Origin: Trichoplax adhaerens
Lineage: Eukaryota > Animalia > Placozoa
Assembly: GCF_000150275.1 (NCBI RefSeq)
Contig: NW_002060960.1
Coordinates: forward strand, 1,006,469 to 1,070,468
Direction: 5' to 3'
DNA: 64,000 bases
Shown one piece after another: positions 55,175 to 64,000 of the stretch; position 1 is the first letter of the stretch; each line of letters begins with the position of its first letter. Made by a program: the position numbers and the translations under genes. The notes beneath the pieces were generated by a model, which did not search any database, was not told the DNA's origin, and worked only from the letters and a program-made list of their open reading frames with translations.

Positions 55175-57092
55175 GTATCAATCAATTATATACAATATGT
55201 GATTAGTTGTGGAAGACTTTGCTTTTATTACGAAAGCCACATATTATAGTATTCTAAAGAGCGAATTTGCTTAAAAAATATAAGTTACTAGATAAAGTAT
55301 TGATGCAGTTTTGGTTGGCAGTAATATACTGTAGAGACTTGATACTACATCATTTATGTTTATCACAAGTATTTTGTTAGTGCATTGTGAACATTTATTT
55401 TAGTCGTATTAAGTAGGTTATTAAAGGAGACGGTACGTGTAAATGATAAAACTAGTATATTGAGTATTATAATTATTATTGTTTCTTTCAGGTGACTACG
55501 GTTAACACATTAGCTGTAAATAAGGATTCATTAGAATTCCTTGAATTGATTGGTTTTGTAATCTAACACTGTTAACTAACTCGTTTATCTATTTGACTTA
55601 TACTAATTTCTGTTTTGAAGCCTCATAGTAAGCCTATGAGGAAAGTAACGAATATTTGCTTTCATTAATAGTGTGCATGAAGGTTGTAGTGCCACAACTA
55701 TAAAAGGACATGGCAGATTACTGCAATTTTAATCTTATTTTGTTTAATTTCATTAATCAACAACCCTAATAAACTATAGTATTTTTTTATCCCTTCGGAG
55801 TGATCTCGCTGTGAGACCGTCAAGCACCCTGATCCCAACCAACTGACCGTTGAAGAAGGCAGTTGTTTACGGTAGAATTGGGCAAATTCTACGTATACTA
55901 AAGTTGCATTATGCTTACTTGAATATACTACTTAGCTAAGTTTCCATACTTTCAAGTTACTTTATTCTAAATTTCGTAAGGGTCTAATAAAGGAAAAGCC
56001 AAATATTTTGTTTTTAGCAGAAGTAAATACGGCTTCTCTAGTAGCATCTCAATATCCGAAAAGCCGGCAATCAGTAATACTTGAAAAATCGCAAAATTCA
56101 GCCGCAAAAGAAACATCGTCAGGATTGACAGACAGCTGAAATCCATCCTCTTATGATGAGTATTTAAGTTTTTAATTTTTAACATTTACCCGTAATATAC
56201 CATGTAGATTTGAACTAAATCTCAGCTTCTGGCCAGAAGTCACAAAGATGCGATTGTTAACTTGCCTGAAGAATCTGAATTACCACCATTTGCAATGGAT
56301 GAATACTGGCCCAGTCGATAGTTTCTCATAAGGATCAACAACAATATTTGCTTCTATGATCGATGCCACTTGAACATACGCAGAACATTCAAGTTTCCCG
56401 ATCGTTCTTGTGGCGTGCGGCATTTTAAGTTCAATGCTATCAATCATTTATTCTATGTGCAAACGATTTGAAAACGGGTCAAAATATTATTTTATTAACA
56501 GTGCACAGGGAAAGCTAATTTTGATTTTGTTTCATACTACTTTGCAATTCTTTTTATTAGTTTTGGTTATAATGAATTTTGCTGCGTATATTCTTTTATT
56601 ACATAAATATTTCTATAGTTTCTTTCAGAAAAAATTCTGTTTCTTAGTGAAATATTATGATTTATCTATTTAAAACGTAAAATTTATTCCTCTTTCAAGT
56701 GAATGGATCAGTAATTTGTAGTGCCGTAGGTAATAAAAACTTGATAGAATTTCTACCAATTTTGAATATATGCTCTTTCAAATTAGATCTAGTATTTTGA
56801 CATTACGAGTTTGCTTAAATATGTAAATTAAGTAACACTACTGCCCTTCATTTAAATGTTAATAGCATGTAGCTTGGCGTTCTTCCGAAATTAATTATCA
56901 GCAAGTTCATGAATTTTCAGAACCATCAGTGGGGGTTGATTTTTAATTTTACTAGATATACTTAAAGAATATATCTGACCTTCAGTATCATGGGCTAATT
57001 TATCTTCATCAATTTTAAAGGAGTATTATTTTTCCATCTAAAATTTCTTTTGCTGTCCTTTTCATTGTTCATCTCAAATAAAGTAAAGAAGC

Positions 57093-57317
57093 AATTTACC
57101 ATGTAACATGGTTTAATTAATTTGCGTTTAATGTCTTAATTACGTTGCGATTTCTAATTAGGCTTTTCTATGTAAAGGTTTAATTATAAATGATATTATT
57201 GAAACAATTACCATGGAGCCTGGCTTAATTGATCTGTATTTAATACTTTAATTATGTTGCGATTTCTAGCTCGTCTTTAATATGTAAAGGTATAATTACA
57301 AATGATATTACCTTAAC
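57093..57317 (+). repeat. ~115-bp diverged tandem duplication upstream of piggyBac-derived copy 2
   Basis: Two units sharing ttaccatg, gttgcgatttcta, tatgtaaaggt, aaatgatatta. Confidence 0.75.
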
Positions 57318-57523
57318 TAAACCAGCTTTAGACAGCCATAATACTATCCTATAATATTTACCATAATTAGCACGATAATAAATCATTAAGCGAAATATTC
57401 GTCAATGCTAGCATTTAGTCACTGAGTGCATAAGAGTAAGATTGACAGAAAATTTAGTCTACCTTTACGGCTATTAAGTGAAAGATTGGAAATCATTCAA
57501 AATCGGCGGTTTGAACCAAAAAA

Positions 57524-60451
57524 ATGGAGAATTATAACTCTAGTGGTAGTGAATTGATCGAGGAAAAGCAGGATGATCCATCCACAACCGCAGTGGATGA
57601 GTCCGCTGATGAAATGGAGATTCCACCATTAGAAGAGGTAAGCGATAACGAAAATGCTGATTTAAAAACATCGATAGACTTATCGAAACAGCCATTAGAA
57701 GATACATATCAGTGGCAGGAAAGCAAGCCAGAAAAAACTTACATGCATCCATTCGTGGGTAAACCAGGTATCAATGTTGATACTACTAATTTTAAGCCGA
57801 TCGATTATTATCAACTCTTTCTTACACCAGAATTACTACAACATATCGTATTAGAAACTAATAGTTATGCTTCAGCATTTCTGCAAAGTAGCTCTAGCTT
57901 AGAGTGCCATCGAAAGCAATGGTCACCAACTAATGCTGGGGAAATTAAGAAATTGCTTGGAATCATTTTTCTAATGGGGTTAATTCATATGCCAAACATT
58001 GGACACTACTGGTCTACTGATTACTTGTTTAGAATGGAGATATTTCGTTCCATTATGCCTCGTGGTCGTTATATACTGTTACAGAAATTTTTCCATTTAA
58101 ATAATAACGACAAGATGCCCGACGTAAAGGGTCCTAATCGCGATGCTCTGTATAAACTTCGTCCTCTAATAGACTATTTAATGTGTCGTTTTCAACAAGT
58201 CTATACAGTAGAACAAAACGTTGCCGTTGACGAATCACTATTACTATGGAAAGGAAAGTTACATTTTCGCCAATTTATACCCTTAAAACGCGCAAGATTT
58301 GGTATTAAAATGTTTTGCCTGTGCGAGAGCAAGACAGGATATACCTTTCGCTTTCGAGTCTACACTGGTCAAGATGATCCAACAACAGGAATGGACTTGG
58401 AGTTACCACCCGAAGTTCGTGATGCCGGTAAAGCAGAAAAAGTAGTTGTCTATTTGTCCTTGCCATTACTGGATCAAGGTTATAACATCTACATGGATAA
58501 TTGGTATAGTTCAGTTCCTCTCTATTCCTATCTTTACGAACGAAGAACGAATGCTTGTGGCACAGTAAGAGCAGATAGAGTACCGGCTAGTATTCGAGAG
58601 AAAGATGTTGCCTTTGGCAAGAGTAGCACATTTTGGCTAGGGCCTTTAATGTGTGTTAAATTTAATGATCGAAGCATGGTTTATATGTTAAGCACACTGG
58701 ATAATGATGGAATTACTCAAGTGACAGTGAGTGGAGGCCAAGGAGTTCGAGGAAAAGTGAACAAGGGAAAGCCTACATGTGTCGTTCACTATAATAAGTT
58801 TATGGGAGGAGTAGATTTACGAGATTCTGTAAGCCAACTAAATTTTGTATCGAACCATTAAGCCATTAATTAAGGCACCTTTAGTCCTGTCCATTTTATA
58901 TGTTATTTTTTATTAATAGAGGCTAGGCACTAAAGCACATAGAAACAATATACTGAATTATGAATTCTATTTATTTTTTGTAACCATTGGATAGTAAATT
59001 GAATCAGCATGAACTAGCGGTAGATTGAATAGCTTTCAATTTTACCTCCAGGTCATTAAAAACTATGCTGCTACCAGGAAAACAATAAAGTGGTATAAAA
59101 AATTAGCGATCCATCTTTTGCAGATTGCACTGCATAATGCATTTATACTCTATCGTAAAGACCATCCTCAAAGTAAAGTGGGATTTATGGGCTTTACAAC
59201 GGAGGTATAGAAAGGTCATTGGATTGCTACTTATTCCTTAATGAACTATGACGGTAATTTAAATACCTTTCATCATAACTTGGATGATATTTTCCTAGGT
59301 TATATCAGAGTTATTATCTGTAGATAAAACTACAGATGTATCCAAAAGGTTAGCAAGTGTATGTGAAGAAAGTCAAAGGTTAACAGACACTCATAATGTG
59401 GGAAACATGGAGCATGAGAGTAAGAACGAGATCACTCATACTCTCACTAATCTGGGATCTCAAGCAAGCAAAATGGTAGGTTAGCTTGATCAGCGAGAGA
59501 TCGTATCTGTGCTCGTATGTCATGAATATTTTTCACCTTCTAGTTGGATACGCCATCAGTAACAACTTTGTAGGAGTATTTTAAGTTGATCAGCGAGAAA
59601 TAGTTCTTTGACACATGAGTATTTTTCGCTTTAACTTTGGATTAGATTGATCACTAGAAACTATATCGGTACTCATATGTCATGAGTACTTTTTAGCGTT
59701 GAATTTGGATGAGACTAATCAATAACAACCTATTCTGATACTGATATGTCATGAGTATTTTCCACCATAGATTGAAATTACATCGATCAAGGAGAAACTG
59801 TGTTGTTAATAACCCGTCATGAATAGTTTCCGCCTTTGATTGCATGAAGAAAGCAGTTTTACCAAATATCATTACAGTGGCATTGTAGAAGCACTATCAG
59901 CAATGTTTAAATTTCATGACAAGATGTTGACAATATTACTATTTCAGAATAAATAATTACAACACTGTACTGAACAACAAAGTCAAATCTTTACAGTATC
60001 TCAAGTAGATTAAATTTGTAATACCCTAATAAATCACTGCAATTTCATAATTTTAAAAGCAACCAAAAAGGTTTACCCAGTTGCATTGGTACTCATGATT
60101 TCTACAGTCTTGTTCTTTCAAAGATTGGAATGGTTACTCTAGAATGGTAACGGGTAGCTAACTTAAAACACTTGTACTTGCATTAAGGCTATGAAAAATG
60201 GACAATTAGTGGATAGAATGAATGCAAAATCCAAGTTACCTACAACATGTCTTACAGAAATGCATTTTCCACAAAAGCTCAAATCGAGAGGCCATCAGAA
60301 AGATTCTAGGCTTCGCTGTAGCATGTGCTACCATAAAGGTCGAAGAAGAATGGTCACTACAACTTGCAAAACGTGTCCTAATCGACCAGGCCTTTGCATT
60401 GATCCTTGCTTCGAGGAATATCATCTTCAATTAATGAATTGGAAACGCTAA
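57524..60451 (+). CDS. piggyBac transposase-derived gene (PGBD4-like), copy 2, spliced, canonical DDD motifs
   Basis: Exons 57524-58828, 59052-59204, 59299-59475, 60188-60451 (phase-0 introns). VDES, FRQFIPLKRARFGIK, MDNWYSS, CGTVRADR, YNKFMGGVD, KWYKKL and an intact cysteine-rich domain. Confidence 0.9.
59480..59845. repeat. degenerate ~60-bp minisatellite in intron 3 of piggyBac-derived copy 2
   Basis: About 5-6 units with ttgatca...tgtcatgagtattttt...ttggat. Confidence 0.7.
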
Positions 60452-61149
60452 TGTATCTACTCCTTACGATATCTTCTCTTAACATGCTGGTACAGCACCA
60501 ACTAATTCAATTGACGATGATTTGAACATTCTAGACTTTACCTTTATTATCCTCTGTCAGTTTGCTTAAATAACAATCAAAATACGTTTAGCCATAGTAT
60601 TTCTGAAATTGGATATACGGTATAACACTTTGACGGCGCATCTATACTATTAGTCTTTTCAAAACGTCTACGCCTATCAGAAGTTGCATTCATCCTTGGA
60701 GGAATTTAGACATGGTTGTATATGATATATCTTGAATTTCCGTCAATGATTACAATTTACATGGGTGATCAATGCTTTCTACTATTAATTTAACAATCTA
60801 GTATAATAAAAACCAAGTGAAAAATTTAAAAAAGTATTGAACTCTACTGAGTAGTATGCTTATTCAAGGCGAGTAAGGTCGTTTCAAACAATATTTACAA
60901 TTTTGTTTTAGACCTTCTGTAAGTGGAGATTTTGAGAATATGATTGCTTGGGAACTGTGAAATATGGTGTAGAGTTTACAACTTCTAAATTGCCTTACCA
61001 ATCTGTCTTTAAGTATAAACTATATAGTCGAATATACTCACAATGACTAAATTATTCGCCCATTAAAAAGGACGTGAATGCTTAATTGCGTTTATTCACC
61101 TCGTCATACTTATAATTATAATCAATCAATTGATAAATTGTAGTATTAA

Positions 61150-62090
61150 GTATGCGAGTAGGGGTATTTGATTAAGCAACACGCTCAATTCATAACTTGT
61201 AGAATCGAGAATACGAATAGATATAACTGATTAAGCTACTCGCTCAATTCATAACTTATAGAATCGAGTGTACAAGTGGGTTTAACTGATTAAGCTACTC
61301 GCTCAATTCATAACTTGTAGAATCGAGTGTACAAGTGGGTTTAACTGTTTATGCTACTCGCTCAATTCATAATTTATGGAATCGAGTATACGAGTAAATA
61401 TATATAACTAATCAAGTTAAGCTACTGGCTCAATTCTTAACTTGTAGCATCGAATAGGTATAACTGATTAACTTAAGCTACTGGCTCAATTCATAACTTG
61501 TATCATCGAGAATACAAGTAGATATAACTGATTAAGCTACTCGCTCAATTCATAACTTGTAGCATCGAGAATACTAGTAGATATAACTGATTAAGCTACT
61601 CGCTCAATTCATAACTTGTAGAATCGAGTGTACAAATATGTTTAACTGATTATACTACTCGCTCAATTCATAATTTGTGGAATCGAGTATACAAGTAAAT
61701 ATAACTAATTAAGTTAAGCTACTCGCTCAATTCTTAACTTGTAACATCGAATAGGTATATCTGATTAAGTTAAAAGCTCAATTCATAACTTGGTAGCATC
61801 GAGAATACAAGTAGGTATAATACGTTATTACGGCTATACTATTGAAATGCAGTAAATCCTAAATAAAAGAGACTCTTAGTAAGTTAACTAGGAGGAGTAT
61901 ATCAAGGTCTCTCGTGCTAACATTAACGACTAAGAGTGGAAACACAAGGGATACAACTGATTAAGTTAAGTTACTCGGTCAATGCGTAGTATCGAGTAGG
62001 TAGAACTAATTCAGTTACTCGCTCATTGCATAACTTGTCGCATCAAGTAAGTCTAACTGATTAAGCGACTTGCTCAATTTATAACTTTTA
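61150..62090. repeat. ~60-bp tandem minisatellite
   Basis: About 11 units of taactgattaagctactcgctcaattcataacttgtagaatcgag...caagt at 61150-61820, plus degenerate units at ~61950-62090. Confidence 0.92.
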
Positions 62091-62619
62091 TTTGTATGTT
62101 TGCCTGACTCTAAAAGTAACAAACATGAGTCCTGAATTGTGCTAATAGATTTAATCATCTTCCTGATATTAAAAGACTAATAATGTTTGGAAAAGAATAA
62201 TATTTAGCTTAGAAGCTCAATTACAGACAAGTAGACGAACAGCCATTTCGGTCCTGCTGTCAGTCTTGAACAACTTTATTCAGAATTTTAGATGCCAACT
62301 TCTCCATATTTTATGTCCGTCGCGGTCAATCAGCTCTGGCATAGAGAACGTAACAGTGCTACGCTTACGTTACTAAACTCTATTGCTAAGATACAGTAAA
62401 GTATACCGTATACAGGACACCGTGTCAAAAATAATGCACACGCTAATTCTAATTGGGCCCTATACTACTGTTCTACACTACGCATCGAGTAGTTGACAAC
62501 GCCATAGTGGAAGAAATTTCAGTCAGAAATATTAATGGAGTAGTTCATTCATTGCTTACCTTATTAAACAGTTATGTTGATTTATAACTTAGGAATAGTC
62601 TGCAGTAGTCATCATTTTT

Positions 62620-63450
62620 TACTATACTCTGCATCAGGAAATGATCATCGTAACAGGTAAGTTCGTTTACTTTGCAATGGCGATAGTGATATGCTGATAT
62701 TCAACAGAACTTCCTTACTTAAACCCTAACCCATGGATGTTTTCATAGTAATTTACCCAGATAGTGACAGTAAATTATGGATAATTGTTACTTGTGGGAT
62801 AGATCCATTGGAAATGGAAGAAATAAGTTGGGCAGCCCCTGACTAAACGCATTGGTTTGCATCTTAATTGCAGATATTGTAGCGAATGAGAATAGCGGTA
62901 GTACCAATTGATTTTATGCTTGAAAATAGACGATGTTTTAATGCTTCCAGATTTAATAGCAGACGTGCAATCAGTTTTTCTTTAGTAAAATGGATGCTAT
63001 ATCTGGAGTTGTTAATAGCTACAGTCGATCCATCGCATACAGTAGGCCAATAAATCATAGTAGATGACTTACCTTTACCATTAGGATAATAGATCCTCAA
63101 AGCTGTGGCCATGTACAGCGGGCAACAATATCGATACTATTAACTGATTTTGTACTTGACGATGAACAAAGTTGTTGATGTGCTAGTACTGTGGACAAGT
63201 TGTCCAATCGATATTTCTTAAGAAAGATCGATTGCTCTATCTCCCGTTGTTAAAAGTAACAAACTGCGTTTAGTGAACCGATTAAAGAAGTTGTTTATTC
63301 ATCGATTCCCTTTAACAAATAGTATTCTAGATATTCGACACTGTTGTCATTTCTACCATAGTAACATCAGCAAATGTAAATCATATTGTTTCGAATGGGT
63401 ATAGTCCTATGCAATCATTGGATTCCCAACCAACAACATTAGATTGACGG
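62620..63450 (-). pseudogene. decayed leucine-rich-repeat gene remnant
   Basis: Minus-strand fragments RAIDLS*, DIVARCTWPQL*G (LRRCT-like), LEALKHRLFSSIKSI and QTNAFSQGLPNL...MDLSHK*QLSII lie in shifting frames with stops. Confidence 0.45.
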
Positions 63451-64000
63451 TATCACAACTGCTCAATAACGCAATTATTTTTATTGATAATGAATTACTT
63501 AGGCAACGTCTGCCCTAGCTTGTCTGCGATTGGATTGCAAATACTACAGCACGTAGTCATATCAGTAGTACGAACTGATTTTATGTCTTTTGGACGAGAT
63601 AGGCTGGCTTTAATATACAGCATAACACTGTTTTTGTACTTGCTGCAATTTTATGTATTCATCTTCTTGTACGATATGAATTATGGCAGTAATGCTCAAG
63701 TCATTGAACTCTTTTTTCTTATCTGCTTTCATTTTACAGATCAAGATGGCTTAGTCAGTCTCTCTTCGGGATCTACTATATATTTTACTCCATAAAAATA
63801 GCATGGTAACATGATTGCAGTTATTAATAGCCTCTACAGAGTATATTGTTTGTATTGAAGTTGAAATTGCCAATGTCTTAACTCCTTACTCGTTTGTTTA
63901 TCTGACACTTTCAATCCTGAAAGTGGATGATACTGTCATTTAAATCATGACATTTTTGTGTCATGTAGAAACACACTCAATGCATTGCACTGTAGAAGCG

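Noticed and set aside
29960-61100. One composite piggyBac with TIRs carrying the receptor as cargo
   Set aside because: No matching TTAA-CCC...GGG-TTAA ends found; agggttaa at ~47102 and ~54100 have no partners. The gap at 29909-29958 limits certainty.
61150-61820. CRISPR-like array
   Set aside because: The parts between conserved cores are themselves near-identical, there are no cas genes, and the context is eukaryotic; it is a minisatellite.

Overview
AT-rich eukaryotic DNA with many short GT-AG introns and one 50-N gap. The compact introns and SRCR/EGF/Ig content suggest an early-branching animal such as a placozoan (inference only). Contents, almost all on the + strand: (1) the 3' end of a C16orf89/UPF0764-like gene with a TM tail; (2) a tandem pair of 10-exon receptor paralogs with the layout signal peptide-LRRNT-LRRCT-like (no LRRs)-furin site-SRCR-MAM-TM-PPxY, plus a decayed third copy; (3) a fibrinogen-like/Cys-rich gene and a pseudogene copy; (4) a very large single-pass receptor with about 23 EGF, 11 SRCR and 4 Ig domains, plus a decayed paralog; (5) two intron-containing piggyBac-transposase-derived genes flanking that receptor, sharing two intron positions, one with canonical catalytic motifs and one with degenerate motif context; (6) CARD, possible death-fold, C-type-lectin and LRR pseudogene remnants; (7) an interstitial telomeric tract, minisatellites and a candidate structured RNA. 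All exon models were derived by eye from splice signals and reading-frame continuity.
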